From: Promethearchaeota archaeon
GTDB taxonomy: Archaea > Asgardarchaeota > Lokiarchaeia > Sigyniarchaeales > SOKP01
DNA: 64,000 nucleotides
NCBI GenBank assembly: GCA_048938855.1
Contig: JBHLLT010000001.1
Span: 384,124-448,123 of the forward strand
Direction of reading: 5' to 3'
Shown: in pieces, positions 9,231 through 20,335 of the stretch
Position numbering within the stretch: position 1 is the stretch's first letter
How the letters are laid out: each line of letters opens with the position of its first letter
Notes under the pieces: generated by a model
Seen by the model: the letters and a program-made list of their open reading frames with translations, nothing else
The model's database searches: none
Told to the model about the DNA's origin: nothing
Position numbers and translations under genes: made by a program

Positions 9231-11243
9231 TCACGCTTTTATTTTATTTGTTTGTTTTATTTCCTTAATTTTGTCCCTTAAATAAGCAGCATCTTCAAAT
9301 CTTAACTCTTTAGCTGCCATGAACATTTTATCCTCCAAATATTGAATAACTATATCAATATCTCCTTCTGCTCTTAACCGATTTATTTTATCTTTAACTG
9401 TTTGTTTTAGTTTCTTCACTTCTTTGTCTTTAAATTCTTGTTCTTCTGAAAGAGATTGTAAGATATTCTTCTTAATTGTCTGAGGTGTGATATTATGTTC
9501 TTCATTATATTTAATCTGTTTATTTCTTCTTCTATTAGTCTCATCTATTGCTGCTCTCATTGATGGCGAAATCCTATCTGCATATAATATCGCTTTTCCA
9601 TCAACATTTCTGGAAGCTCTACCGATGGTTTGTATTAATGATCGAGTGTCTCTTAAAAATCCCAGCTTATCTGCATCAAGAATGGCAACTAATTGAACTT
9701 CAGGCAAGTCAAGCCCCTCTCTCAAAAGATTAATTCCTACGAGGACATCAAATGTACCGTCTCTCAATTGACGTAAGATCTCAAATCTTTCAACAGTATC
9801 CACTTCTGAATGTAAATATGTTATTTTCAATCCTAATTCATTGTAATATTCAGCGATATCTTCAGACATTCTTTTAGTAAGAGTGGTTATAAGAGTCCTT
9901 CCGTTGTTCTTTATGACTTTTCTAACCTCACCTAACAAATCATCTATTTGATTTTTAGCAGGCCTTATCTCCACTTTCGGATCAACAAGACCAGTTGGTC
10001 GAATAATTTGTTCGGCAGAAATACCCCCACTTCTTTCTAACTCATAATCTCCGGGAGTTGCACTCATAAAAATTATGGTATCAATTTTCTTCTCCCATTC
10101 TTCAAATGTAAGAGGTCTATTATCATACGCACTTGGTAATCGCCATCCATAATCTACAAGGTTTTTCTTACGTGACCGATCTCCCCCAATCATTCCATGA
10201 ATTTGCGGAATTGTAATATGGGATTCATCCACAACTATTAGGAATTCATCTGGAAAATAATCCATTAAAGTCATCGGAGGTGTCCCAGGAGGTCTTCCAT
10301 CCAAGGGTCTAGAATAATTCTCTACACCTTTACACCATCCCATCTCTTTCATCATTTCCATATCAAATTTAACTCTCCTCTCGATTCTTTGAGCTTCAGC
10401 ATACTTTTTCTGATCTTTGAAGAATTTTACACGATCTTCCAGTTCCTCACTTATTAAATCAAGTGCTTTTATCTTATTTTCATCAGGAATGATGAAATGC
10501 GTTGCAGGGAATACTCTATAATTCGGAACCTTATTGATTGGACTATTTGTCAATGGATGAATTTCGGTAATAGATTCAATTTCATCCCCAAATAAAGAAA
10601 TCCTAACTCCATTATTCAAATACGCTGGATATATATCAACAATATCTCCTTTAACTCTTACAATTCCAGGTTTAAATTCAATTTCATTCCGTTCATAATT
10701 CATTTTTACCAATTTCTTTAAAATTTCAGATCGCTTAATTTTTAAACCGGTTTCAACATAGAGGGCTATCTTTTCCCAGAGATCAGGGTTTCCAAGTCCA
10801 TAAATACACGATACAGTTGCAACAACTATTACATCTCTTCGAGTTCTGACAGCATGAGCAGCAGCAAGTCTCAATCGTTCAATTTCTTCATTAACATTAA
10901 AATCTTTTTCTATATATAATCCTGAAATTGGCATATATGCTTCTGGTTGGTAATAATCATAATAAGATACAAAATAATGGACTGCATTTTGAGGAAATAA
11001 CTCTTTGAGTTCATTATATAACTGAGCAGCTAATGTTTTATTCGGTGCCATTACTAACGTCGGTTTTTGAATTTCCTGAATAATATTTGCTATTGAAAAA
11101 GTTTTTCCTGTCCCAGTTGCTCCTAATAAGGTTTGAAATTGTTTCCCATCCTTTATGTTCTTTGCAAGTGCGGAGATTGCTGAAGGTTGATCCCCTGCAG
11201 GTTTGAACTCTGTGTGTAATTTAAAACCAACGCTCATAAACAA
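9231..11243 (-). CDS. uvrB: Excinuclease ABC subunit B
   Basis: GATGTGKT, YYDYYQPEAY beta-hairpin, DESH, C-terminal UVR domain (FEDAAYLRD). Confidence 0.97.
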   Translation of the reverse strand: MFMSVGFKLHTEFKPAGDQPSAISALAKNIKDGKQFQTLLGATGTGKTFSIANIIQEIQKPTLVMAPNKTLAAQLYNELKELFPQNAVHYFVSYYDYYQPEAYMPISGLYIEKDFNVNEEIERLRLAAAHAVRTRRDVIVVATVSCIYGLGNPDLWEKIALYVETGLKIKRSEILKKLVKMNYERNEIEFKPGIVRVKGDIVDIYPAYLNNGVRISLFGDEIESITEIHPLTNSPINKVPNYRVFPATHFIIPDENKIKALDLISEELEDRVKFFKDQKKYAEAQRIERRVKFDMEMMKEMGWCKGVENYSRPLDGRPPGTPPMTLMDYFPDEFLIVVDESHITIPQIHGMIGGDRSRKKNLVDYGWRLPSAYDNRPLTFEEWEKKIDTIIFMSATPGDYELERSGGISAEQIIRPTGLVDPKVEIRPAKNQIDDLLGEVRKVIKNNGRTLITTLTKRMSEDIAEYYNELGLKITYLHSEVDTVERFEILRQLRDGTFDVLVGINLLREGLDLPEVQLVAILDADKLGFLRDTRSLIQTIGRASRNVDGKAILYADRISPSMRAAIDETNRRRNKQIKYNEEHNITPQTIKKNILQSLSEEQEFKDKEVKKLKQTVKDKINRLRAEGDIDIVIQYLEDKMFMAAKELRFEDAAYLRDKIKEIKQTNKIKA

Positions 11244-11380
11244 TAAACAAATTTTTATAAATAAATTATAAATTAACTTATGCGAATATATATAAGATAA
11301 GTCTATAGATATTCTAATGAAACATTATCTTATGATTTTTACTAAAAATAGAAAAGGTAAAAAATAGAAAAAGTTAATAT

Positions 11381-14300
11381 CTATGATATCACTGTTTCTT
11401 GGTGAATATCCTCTGCTCCTTCTATAGTACGGACTAAAAATTCTAAAATGTCGTTAACATTAATAATTCCAAGTCTGGATTCGATTGTAGCCATACTAAT
11501 TGTTAATTCTATCGTACTACCACTTGCAATTTCATACCCATTGTCCGATGTAAATGCATTTGCAGAAAAGTATGTGTTATTAATATAAACTGAATCAACA
11601 GTAACATTGAAATCTCCATTATTTTCAATTAAAATGGTCACATCTCCTGAATCAGACGCAGATGTACCTCCATCATTAATATTTATATTATAATATTCGG
11701 AATCTACGAAAGCAGTAAGAGTTTCGTTTGTCTCTGCTAAGGAAGTTGTTGTGACTCTAATATTACACTCATCTGACTTATTTATCATTAAGTCTGGAAT
11801 ATCAAATGTTACAATCGCGCATTCTTGTATATCTAAAGAGGAATCTCCATAAATATAATCAGTATTATTCACTAATGTGTTATTTACATAAATATCACTT
11901 AAAGTAACTGGTTGATTTCCCGTATTTTTAATTAATAGTTTTCCGGTTTCATTTGCATAAATAATGGATGAACTAACACCTTGCACATTTTTCAGTATTT
12001 TAATACTTGGTTCATCTTTAATAGTCTGTATGTATCCGATATCAGAAGCGACAGTGCCGAATTCTCCAAAAGCCCCAGTGATACATACTAATATATCTTC
12101 ATTTTCTTCTCCAGTTAGTCCATATTTCGCATCACCAGGATCATTTGTGTCAACATTTATTACAATTACATCTTCTTCATTACTTTCTAGGTTTAGAAAT
12201 CCACTCCTTGTATGGAAATCATCGCTGTCAACTTCGATCAGTGATTCTTTTAAATATACAGAATCTAAACCAAATATGATATCGCCAGTATTTTTTACAT
12301 ATATATTCAACTCAATAGTACCATTATCATATGTATAAGCTACAGATTTGTTGAAATCAATTGGTATTTGTTTCCTATAATTTGTGCTAAGCATCGCTAA
12401 TTCTTCAGGCGATGCAATCCGATCTGGTCTTAAAATTGATAATGAATAGTCTTCTGTATTTGATGTAAACAGTATTTCGTCAAATATATTATTTGGAGTT
12501 GCTACCCCTATTTTATTATATTCTTTGATAGGGAAGAAGTCTATTGTGGCATCTTCTATTTTGACAAAAGCTTTATCACTAGGCGCAAGAGTAGGAGATC
12601 CACTCAGATATGTTACTTTTTCTGGATCAATCCTATTTTCCACAGTATCACTATTAGCATAAAATCTATCTAATACTACAATTGATTCTCCTGTATTTTC
12701 TACCTCAAGGTATAGATCAACGGTAGAAGGATCTTTTTGAATAACTATGCTATTTTCTTTATTGATTTTAATTTCTCCTTCTTGTGCTTCTCTAACAAAG
12801 AAATTGCTTGTACTGTTGGAAAACGAATAATCCCTATTGAATAATGCCTGTGATTGAGCGTCTACATCAATTGTAACAACATCATCTATTTGAAAATTTG
12901 CATCTGTAGTATTAACCCAAACAAGTGCTTCAGAACCTGGTTCAACATAATTATCCGCTATGAAAAAATCATAATTTGTTTTATTAATAGCGACGTTTTT
13001 TATGTATAATTCTTTTTTACCTGTATTTATGAGTTTGAATGTAGCATATCCTTTATCAGTAACCCTTGGATTTTTTATAACAAAACTGGAATCCAATATT
13101 GTATAATCCACTCTATACAATTTTACCAAATGGGCATGAGAAAAATATGTAGGGATAAATATCATGGAATCATATAATCCATTCTCTGGGATATGATCAG
13201 ACCATAGATCTCCATCATTATCTCGCCTATTAGTAATTACATTTACATAATTTTGCTCAAAATAGTTTAATGTATCCTGAGTACCGGATGTTTTTTCACC
13301 TCCAAATAAAAGGTGAATCAATTGACTGTTAAACCATGCATCCTTCATGGCCCCTGTAGTTTGATTTATATAATCATTCATATCAAAAACAGCATTATCA
13401 GCCCAGTTATCTTCTTCCCAGCCGAACTGTTTATATTTTTCATAATTATCGTTACAAATCTGGACCATCCAAGTCCACTTACCCTCATCTCCGCCCAAAT
13501 TATTAATCAGATAACCCCAGTATACTAAAACATAATCAGCATGTAATCTTCGCAATGCCTTAAGGCTATATCGCTCATTGGTTTGCATCAACGCCATTCC
13601 AGTTAAACCTATTCGAGTTGAGTTTTTGGTAGCATTATCATTCACGGTTGTTACGTTACCTATAGGAGTGAGCCAATAACCATAATCCCACCACGATACT
13701 ACCACATTTGTCCCTTTAAGATTAGTTCTCATCCATGTTAAGCTTTCTTCCCAATCGTGAAGTTGCCCTCCAGGTGCAATTTGAGCAAATGACATTTGTG
13801 TTATTGCTATATTTGTGGTATGAGCCACCTGGGCATATAATAAAACTCCTACAAGAAGGTAAACAACTAACACTTCAGAACTTCCTAAAGTTCCTTTTAG
13901 TTGTCTTTTTCTTTTTCTGCTAATACCAACTTTTCTTTCTCCAATGAAACTCCCAAAAATTTTTAATACGCTAGCTAAACCATAGGCTCCTGCTAATGAT
14001 GCTGCTGGAGCAAAAATCAGTATGATACGAATCATACTACCTGTAAAATAGTACATTAAAATAATGAAGACGATAACAAAAATATCAGCAGCATTTAATC
14101 TTTTAAAACAAAAATAAATACCCAACGGTACAAGAATCAATGGAATTAATGTATTATAATAAAATACAGCCCAATTACTAGGCATTTGTTCTGCTACTGA
14201 AGCTACAAGGCTAACATCTTCTCGAAAAAGCGGATTAAGAATTGTCCAAAATCGTGAACCAAATCCAAAAGGTAATATATGAGGCGCAACCCAAAGAATT

Positions 14301-15268
14301 ACGGCAAAAATTAGAACAGTAGGAATTGCTCCCCATTTTATCGTATTTATTAATCGATAATAAAAATTTGGATGTTCAGTCCTTTTGGTATGTATGATAT
14401 GGAATATAAGTAAAATAATAGTGAAGAAAAAAATACCACCAATATCTAGATCTGTAAATAAACTTCCAGGATTAAACCTTTTATATAAAGCAAAAATCAA
14501 TAAACCAGTTCCTTGAACTCCGGCGTAAGATATTAAAACATTTTCGCTATATTTATTTGTTAATATTAAGATAATGCTTATTATAGGAATTACTAAATAA
14601 ACAAACTGATATCCACCCCAACTTAAAGAGAGATATCCTAAAAATATACCAGCAATAACGGAATGTGAAAACCTGCCCGTTCTTAAAGCTTTTAAGAAAA
14701 ATAAAAATATCATTAATGTAGCAAAAACACCAATAGTTTCATTATCAAAAAATCCCGCGGTAGTCCGTTGTAAATATCCAGGATTGAAAGCTAAAAAGAA
14801 TGCTGCAAATAGTCCAGTCGCCCGATTGTTCACTTCTTTGCCTAAAAAATATATCACTAATACAGTTAATCCTCCCATAAATGCTGGAAAATAGAAACAT
14901 ACATCATACATTGAAATATTGAATCCAAAGAAATTAAAGATTTTATGGAAAATAACTACTGTAAATGTTAATCCGGGTCGTAAACCACCTCTAAAATGAC
15001 CCTGAGGAAACCAACTTTTATAGTCAACCCAATGGAAATATTGATACATTGTATGTGTATCTAAATATTCGGCATTATACCACTGAATCCAAGGATCGAA
15101 AGCTTTAATCAGAGTAATATCTCTTATGAGGGGGCTTAATCTAACGATTATGGCTAAAACTACTATTAGAAATATTGCTGTAAAGAATAAGATATTTCTT
15201 GTTTTTATTGATACCGAAGTTTTGATTCGATCTCGGAAGTTTCTAAGTGAAGTGCCGATTTTAGCCAT
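11381..15268 (-). CDS. aglB: Oligosaccharyltransferase AglB/STT3 with a long repetitive C-terminal extracellular extension
   Basis: FDPW, FFDNE, SVAEQ, WWDYG, DNAT and DEGKWTWM motifs. Multi-pass transmembrane N-terminal half. Confidence 0.93.
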   Translation of the reverse strand: MAKIGTSLRNFRDRIKTSVSIKTRNILFFTAIFLIVVLAIIVRLSPLIRDITLIKAFDPWIQWYNAEYLDTHTMYQYFHWVDYKSWFPQGHFRGGLRPGLTFTVVIFHKIFNFFGFNISMYDVCFYFPAFMGGLTVLVIYFLGKEVNNRATGLFAAFFLAFNPGYLQRTTAGFFDNETIGVFATLMIFLFFLKALRTGRFSHSVIAGIFLGYLSLSWGGYQFVYLVIPIISIILILTNKYSENVLISYAGVQGTGLLIFALYKRFNPGSLFTDLDIGGIFFFTIILLIFHIIHTKRTEHPNFYYRLINTIKWGAIPTVLIFAVILWVAPHILPFGFGSRFWTILNPLFREDVSLVASVAEQMPSNWAVFYYNTLIPLILVPLGIYFCFKRLNAADIFVIVFIILMYYFTGSMIRIILIFAPAASLAGAYGLASVLKIFGSFIGERKVGISRKRKRQLKGTLGSSEVLVVYLLVGVLLYAQVAHTTNIAITQMSFAQIAPGGQLHDWEESLTWMRTNLKGTNVVVSWWDYGYWLTPIGNVTTVNDNATKNSTRIGLTGMALMQTNERYSLKALRRLHADYVLVYWGYLINNLGGDEGKWTWMVQICNDNYEKYKQFGWEEDNWADNAVFDMNDYINQTTGAMKDAWFNSQLIHLLFGGEKTSGTQDTLNYFEQNYVNVITNRRDNDGDLWSDHIPENGLYDSMIFIPTYFSHAHLVKLYRVDYTILDSSFVIKNPRVTDKGYATFKLINTGKKELYIKNVAINKTNYDFFIADNYVEPGSEALVWVNTTDANFQIDDVVTIDVDAQSQALFNRDYSFSNSTSNFFVREAQEGEIKINKENSIVIQKDPSTVDLYLEVENTGESIVVLDRFYANSDTVENRIDPEKVTYLSGSPTLAPSDKAFVKIEDATIDFFPIKEYNKIGVATPNNIFDEILFTSNTEDYSLSILRPDRIASPEELAMLSTNYRKQIPIDFNKSVAYTYDNGTIELNIYVKNTGDIIFGLDSVYLKESLIEVDSDDFHTRSGFLNLESNEEDVIVINVDTNDPGDAKYGLTGEENEDILVCITGAFGEFGTVASDIGYIQTIKDEPSIKILKNVQGVSSSIIYANETGKLLIKNTGNQPVTLSDIYVNNTLVNNTDYIYGDSSLDIQECAIVTFDIPDLMINKSDECNIRVTTTSLAETNETLTAFVDSEYYNININDGGTSASDSGDVTILIENNGDFNVTVDSVYINNTYFSANAFTSDNGYEIASGSTIELTISMATIESRLGIINVNDILEFLVRTIEGAEDIHQETVIS

Positions 15269-15399
15269 AATTTCTCAATCTGACTTAATAATACTCATAA
15301 TTAAATTTTGTTTATAAAAAAAATCCTTAAGATTAAAATGTTTTTCTTTATTCCAACATTTTGTAAAGATCAAAATGCTTAAAATATAGATAACAAAAA

Positions 15400-16278
15400 G
15401 TGAAATATTTTGATAGAAAAAGATTATATAAGATGTTAAATTCTAAGTTTCTTTTCAAAATCTATTATATTGGAACAAATGAATATTTTGGATCCCAAAG
15501 ACAACCGAATTTAAAGACAATTGAAGAATGCATATTAAACGCTTTAATAAGTAAAGGTTACATCCAAGATACTGAAAAATCCAAGTTTGAGTTTGCAAGT
15601 AGAACAGATAGATATGTCTCTGCTAGGGGAGCTTGTTTTACGTGCATAACAGAAAGGGAACCAACTCTTATGGAAATTAATACTGCTTTACCTAAAGAGA
15701 TTGGAATTTGGGCTTATTCAGAAGTACCAATGGAGTTTATTTCTAGATTTGGAGCAATTTTGCGCCATTATGTATATATAGTACCTTACCCTATTTCCTA
15801 TTTTAAAAAAACGTCAGGAATTGATATAGATCTAATGAAAAAGGCTTGTAAAGATTTAGAAGGCAACCATGATTTTGAAAATTTTTCGAAAAAAGAAGAT
15901 GATAAGATAGTTACTATAAGAGATATGAATTTAGTAAGCTTATCAATATACGATGGGTATCTTGTCTTTCAATTTAAAAGTAGAGCATTTTTAAGACAGC
16001 AAGTTAGAAGAATGGTTAAAAAAGTTTTAGAATTAGGAATAAATGAAATATCTTATAAGGAGTTTTTAGATCTGTTTGATGTATCAAATAAATTCTCTTA
16101 TCAACCTGCTGATCCACAGGGATTGATTTTATGGGACATAAAATTTAATGAGAATATTGATTTTATTGTAGACCCAAAATCTAAAGAACGAATGGATAAC
16201 TATTTCATTAAGAAAAAATTAGATTATAATCTAAAATATCATTTATTCAGAGCTTTGCAACAAAACGATTTTAGCTAA
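15400..16278 (+). CDS. truA: tRNA pseudouridine(38-40) synthase
   Basis: GSQRQP, ASRTD (catalytic Asp), G.HDF.NFS, FLRQQVRRMV. The true start may be the downstream ATG. Confidence 0.9.
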   Translation: MKYFDRKRLYKMLNSKFLFKIYYIGTNEYFGSQRQPNLKTIEECILNALISKGYIQDTEKSKFEFASRTDRYVSARGACFTCITEREPTLMEINTALPKEIGIWAYSEVPMEFISRFGAILRHYVYIVPYPISYFKKTSGIDIDLMKKACKDLEGNHDFENFSKKEDDKIVTIRDMNLVSLSIYDGYLVFQFKSRAFLRQQVRRMVKKVLELGINEISYKEFLDLFDVSNKFSYQPADPQGLILWDIKFNENIDFIVDPKSKERMDNYFIKKKLDYNLKYHLFRALQQNDFS

Positions 16279-17214
16279 TAATGCTTGAAGTTGAATTTCC
16301 TCAGTTCCCCCTTGGCTCAGTCGATATTCAAATTCCGCTAACAATTTCAAAATCTCAATTTTCATATCTTCTGGAATATTTAAATCGTAAATTTCTCGAT
16401 ATATATTTTTAATGATATTTTGCCCAGAAAGTCCATACTCTTTAATTAATTCATTCAAAAGTTTAATAGACAGTTGTAGTTGGGCTTCTAATGCAGTGTT
16501 CAAAATTTCTTTTATTTTTTCAGGAGGAACTTCTCCTGCAACACGAAATACAATATCTTGATCAATTTTTTTGGAAATTGTGCCGCAAGATTGTAAATAA
16601 TTTATTGCTCTTCTACAATCACCTCGAGAAACATTAACAATGGCATTTAATCCTCCAGAGGTAAAGGTAATATTTTCTTGTTTAGCTACATATTTTACTC
16701 TTAACTTTATATCTTCATTATTTAAAGATGCAAATCTGAACACTACACATCTTGATTGTATTGGTGGTATGATTTTATTAGAATAATTACATATCAAAAT
16801 CATTCGACAATTCTTTGTATATTTCTCCATTGTTCTCCTTAAAGCTTGTTGAGCGGGAGCTGTCATATTATCAGCTTCATCAAGAATTAGTACTTTGAAT
16901 GTGATATCTGTAGGCGGTCGTGCTCGAGCAAAATCTTTTATATAAGTCCTAATTACATCAATTCCACGGGCATCACTCGCATTTAGTTCTAAATATGTCT
17001 TATTTACAGCCATTTTTCTTTCATACAATTCTCTTACCATTGCCAATGCGGATGTAGTTTTTCCGGTTCCTGCAGGTCCAGCAAAAATGAGATGGGGCAT
17101 TGATTTGTCAAGTACAAATTGCTTTAAACGTCTGATTATTCCCTTTTGATTTACAATATCATCCAGCACTCTTGGTCGATATTTCTCAACCCATGGTCTA
17201 TTCTCAAAAGACAT
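16243..17214 (-). CDS. rfcS: Replication factor C small subunit
   Basis: PWVEKYRP, GPAGTGKT, ELNASD, DEAD, SRC. Confidence 0.96.
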   Translation of the reverse strand: MSFENRPWVEKYRPRVLDDIVNQKGIIRRLKQFVLDKSMPHLIFAGPAGTGKTTSALAMVRELYERKMAVNKTYLELNASDARGIDVIRTYIKDFARARPPTDITFKVLILDEADNMTAPAQQALRRTMEKYTKNCRMILICNYSNKIIPPIQSRCVVFRFASLNNEDIKLRVKYVAKQENITFTSGGLNAIVNVSRGDCRRAINYLQSCGTISKKIDQDIVFRVAGEVPPEKIKEILNTALEAQLQLSIKLLNELIKEYGLSGQNIIKNIYREIYDLNIPEDMKIEILKLLAEFEYRLSQGGTEEIQLQALLAKIVLLQSSE

Positions 17215-17315
17215 ACTTTTTAGATATACTTTAAATTTTATATTATTATCTTAAGAATTAAATTTTCTTAATTCTTTATTAATATTCATATCTATAAAAA
17301 AACAATGAGATATGT

Positions 17316-18620
17316 ATGACTGATTTTAAAATAACCAAAATTAAGGCAAGATGGATTTTAGATTCTCGGGGAAATCCAACTGTAGAATCTGATGTTTTTG
17401 CTGGAAAGCAATTTTCAAGAGCCGCTGTTCCTTCGGGAGCATCTACCGGTCTGTTAGAAGCATTGGAATTACGGGACGGAGGAAAAGATTTCTTGGGAAA
17501 ACATGTACTAAAAGCAGTTAACAATGTAAATGAAACATTGGGCAAAAAATTAATTGGATTTGATGTTAGAGAGCAGGATATAATAGATGCAGAAATGATC
17601 TCGCTTGATGGTACAGAAAATAAGAGTAATTTGGGTGCTAATGCAATATTATCAGTTTCATTAGCGACAGCTAGATTAGCTGCCCAACTATCTGACGTAC
17701 CTTTATTTGAATACCTTTATAAGCTAGCATATAATAAAACCAGAAATGATTTCTTGCTTCCAATTCCTTGTTGTAATATCATAAATGGAGGTGAACATGC
17801 AGGTAATAACCTATCAGTTCAAGAGTTTATGGTTTTACCGGTAGGAGCTAATTCCTTTTCTCAGGCAATACAAAATGTAGCTGAAGTATATCAAACTTTA
17901 AAGAAATTGTTACTTAAGGAGTATGGACCATCTTCAATCAATGTTGGAGATGAAGGGGGATTTGCGCCAAATTTAAAACTGACATCCGAAGCTGTAGATA
18001 TAATTATTGAAGCAATTGAAACCGCAGGATTTTTAATGGGCACTGATTTTGTCTTGGGTATGGATGCTGCTGCTAGTGAATTTTTTGAAGAAGATTTTTA
18101 TAATATTGATGGTAGAAGGCTCTCTAAAGATGAATTATTAGAATATTATATGGAGTTAATCCGTGAATATCCTTTCAAATCAATTGAGGATCCTTTTGAC
18201 GAAGAAGACTTTGGGAGCTTTGCAAAGATCTCAGCAAAAGTCGATAATTCTATTCAAATTGTTGATGATGATATAACCGTAACTAATATTAAGATTTTAG
18301 AGAAGGCCATTAATCAAAAAGCTGGAAATGCTTTATTACTTAAAGTAAATCAAATAGGTTCTTTAACTGAAGCCATTAAGGCCGCAAAAATGTCTTTTAA
18401 TAATGGTTTTAATGTTATGGTTTCTCATCGTTCTGGTGAAACAGAAGATACTTTCATCGCAGATTTAGCAGTTGGACTATGTACAGGTCAAATGAAGAGT
18501 GGCGCTACTTGTCGCTCAGAACGAACCTGCAAGTTTAATCAATTACTCAGAATTGAAGAAATGTTAGGAGAAAATGCGAAATTTCCCAAAAAATTAGATT
18601 CTTGGAAAAGCTTCATATAA
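17316..18620 (+). CDS. eno: Enolase
   Basis: DSRGNPTVE, PSGASTG, GDEGGFAP, SHRSGETED. Confidence 0.97.
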   Translation: MTDFKITKIKARWILDSRGNPTVESDVFAGKQFSRAAVPSGASTGLLEALELRDGGKDFLGKHVLKAVNNVNETLGKKLIGFDVREQDIIDAEMISLDGTENKSNLGANAILSVSLATARLAAQLSDVPLFEYLYKLAYNKTRNDFLLPIPCCNIINGGEHAGNNLSVQEFMVLPVGANSFSQAIQNVAEVYQTLKKLLLKEYGPSSINVGDEGGFAPNLKLTSEAVDIIIEAIETAGFLMGTDFVLGMDAAASEFFEEDFYNIDGRRLSKDELLEYYMELIREYPFKSIEDPFDEEDFGSFAKISAKVDNSIQIVDDDITVTNIKILEKAINQKAGNALLLKVNQIGSLTEAIKAAKMSFNNGFNVMVSHRSGETEDTFIADLAVGLCTGQMKSGATCRSERTCKFNQLLRIEEMLGENAKFPKKLDSWKSFI

Positions 18621-18622
18621 CT

Positions 18623-19288
18623 TTAATAATCAAAATCCTTGTTATTTTTTTTTAAAAACCGGTATACATCAACATTAATTTGCTTAAGCTTTTTTTTGTG
18701 GAATGGAAATGTTCTTTCTAAAACCATATTGAAAGGAAGAACATTATCAATTTTCCAGTTATATTGGTTTATATAATTTGAAATAAATTTGTGGACTTTT
18801 GGATTTCTTAGATGAATTGAATAGACAACATCTGAAAAATCAAATGATTTACCTAGAAAGATTCTATCTGCAAAACTCTTTTGAACTCCAAAAGGAGGAT
18901 TCATAATTGTTGTTATTTTCATATCAATTGGTAAAAATCTTCTTGATATCTCAAAATATTCAATATCTGCACATATAGGAAATATGACATGATTTAACCC
19001 TAAAGATAATACATTTCTTCTTAAAGTATTTAAAGCAAGTATATCAATATCAACACTTAATACGAAATTTGCTTTAAGAAAAGCACTAGCTATTGACAAT
19101 CTTCCAGTTCCAGCACCTAGATCAATTATAAAAGCGTTATTAATATCATTATATTCAAAACCTGCATAATAAATTATATCTACAGCACAATTTGCATCGA
19201 TACAATACTGTTCTAATTTAATTTTAGGAGTAATGAAAGATTCGGTTTTCTGTATAATAGAGATTAATTCTTTTTTGCTAAATTTCAT
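18623..19288 (-). CDS. METTL5-like N6-adenine RNA methyltransferase
   Basis: LEQY, DLGAGTG SAM-binding motif, MNPPFG, VYSIH. Confidence 0.88.
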   Translation of the reverse strand: MKFSKKELISIIQKTESFITPKIKLEQYCIDANCAVDIIYYAGFEYNDINNAFIIDLGAGTGRLSIASAFLKANFVLSVDIDILALNTLRRNVLSLGLNHVIFPICADIEYFEISRRFLPIDMKITTIMNPPFGVQKSFADRIFLGKSFDFSDVVYSIHLRNPKVHKFISNYINQYNWKIDNVLPFNMVLERTFPFHKKKLKQINVDVYRFLKKNNKDFDY

Positions 19289-19390
19289 CCAAAAAAATGT
19301 TTGCTCTTTTAAAATTAATACATTAAATTTATTTATCTTATTTAATAATATTTACTTAAATTAGAAAGAGTTTGAGAAATTAAAAAACTA

Positions 19391-20002
19391 TTGCTGATAA
19401 TATTGAGTAAGAAATCCCTAAAAGATGGAGAGATAGTTTTAACCGGGGAAAAACTTGGAGTAGTCGAGGAATTCCTCCCTGATAAACAATCTACATTCAC
19501 TAAAGATGGTAAAATCTTTGCAAGTAAATCAGGTATGATTAGTATTAACGAAAAAGAAAGGAAAATTGAAATTAGTACACATCAAGAAAAAGATCGAAAA
19601 GTCGTAAAAATCGGAGATATAGTCATTGGCTCAATTCTTTTTTTACGTCAATATTCTGTTGGAATAAATTTTTATACAATTAATAAAAAGATACATTTTA
19701 ATTCAAGTTATTTTGGTAATATACATGTCTCACAGATTTCAGATAGATATGTAGAAAAAATTAGTGATGCTTTTCAAATAACGGATATTGTAAGAGCTCG
19801 TGTAATAGAGCAAGATTATAATGAATATAAATTAAGTACAGCTGGTAAGGATTTAGGTGTTATTTATGCAGATTGTGTAATCTGTGGAGATCCGCTTCAA
19901 AAAATAGGTCACAATAAATTAAAATGTGATCGTTGTGGTAATGTGGAAAGTAGAAAAATTGCTGAGGATTATGGAAATGTGAGAAATAATCTACGGTTCT
20001 AA
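19391..20002 (+). CDS. csl4: Exosome RNA-binding subunit Csl4
   Basis: GEKLGVVEEF, S1 domain (IHVSQI...DIVRARV), C-terminal CxxC...CxxC-ESRK Zn ribbon. Confidence 0.92.
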   Translation: MLIILSKKSLKDGEIVLTGEKLGVVEEFLPDKQSTFTKDGKIFASKSGMISINEKERKIEISTHQEKDRKVVKIGDIVIGSILFLRQYSVGINFYTINKKIHFNSSYFGNIHVSQISDRYVEKISDAFQITDIVRARVIEQDYNEYKLSTAGKDLGVIYADCVICGDPLQKIGHNKLKCDRCGNVESRKIAEDYGNVRNNLRF

Positions 20003-20039
20003 TATTTTTCTTAATACAAAATTTGTAAGGGTTTATCAA

Positions 20040-20258
20040 GTGAGAAAGTTAGGAAAAAAGGTCATTCATTTTTATAATAACAGCGGTTCATTGGAGAACA
20101 CTATTAAATTTCTTGAAAATGTTCAAAAAAAAGTTAATTATTTAAATTTGAACGTTTCTGTTGAAGGAAAAAGCATTAAAGTAACGCTTTTTGGTTCAAG
20201 GGATCTTCAACATTTAGCAACTGAAAGATTAAAAGATTTAGCAAATCAATTTTTGTAA
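20040..20258 (+). CDS. Small conserved archaeal protein (DUF2067-like)
   Basis: 72 aa in the csl4-X-rpoL position where this small gene commonly sits. Confidence 0.55.
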   Translation: MRKLGKKVIHFYNNSGSLENTIKFLENVQKKVNYLNLNVSVEGKSIKVTLFGSRDLQHLATERLKDLANQFL

Positions 20259-20335
20259 AATCTTTTAAAAACCATAAAAAATTTATTTTATTTTAAATAC
20301 TTTTTATTAAGTCCTTATCGTTGGGAGTAATAATA

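Noticed and set aside
16243-16278. 36-bp convergent overlap of truA and rfcS
   Set aside because: Real, but common in compact archaeal genomes; no evidence of function.
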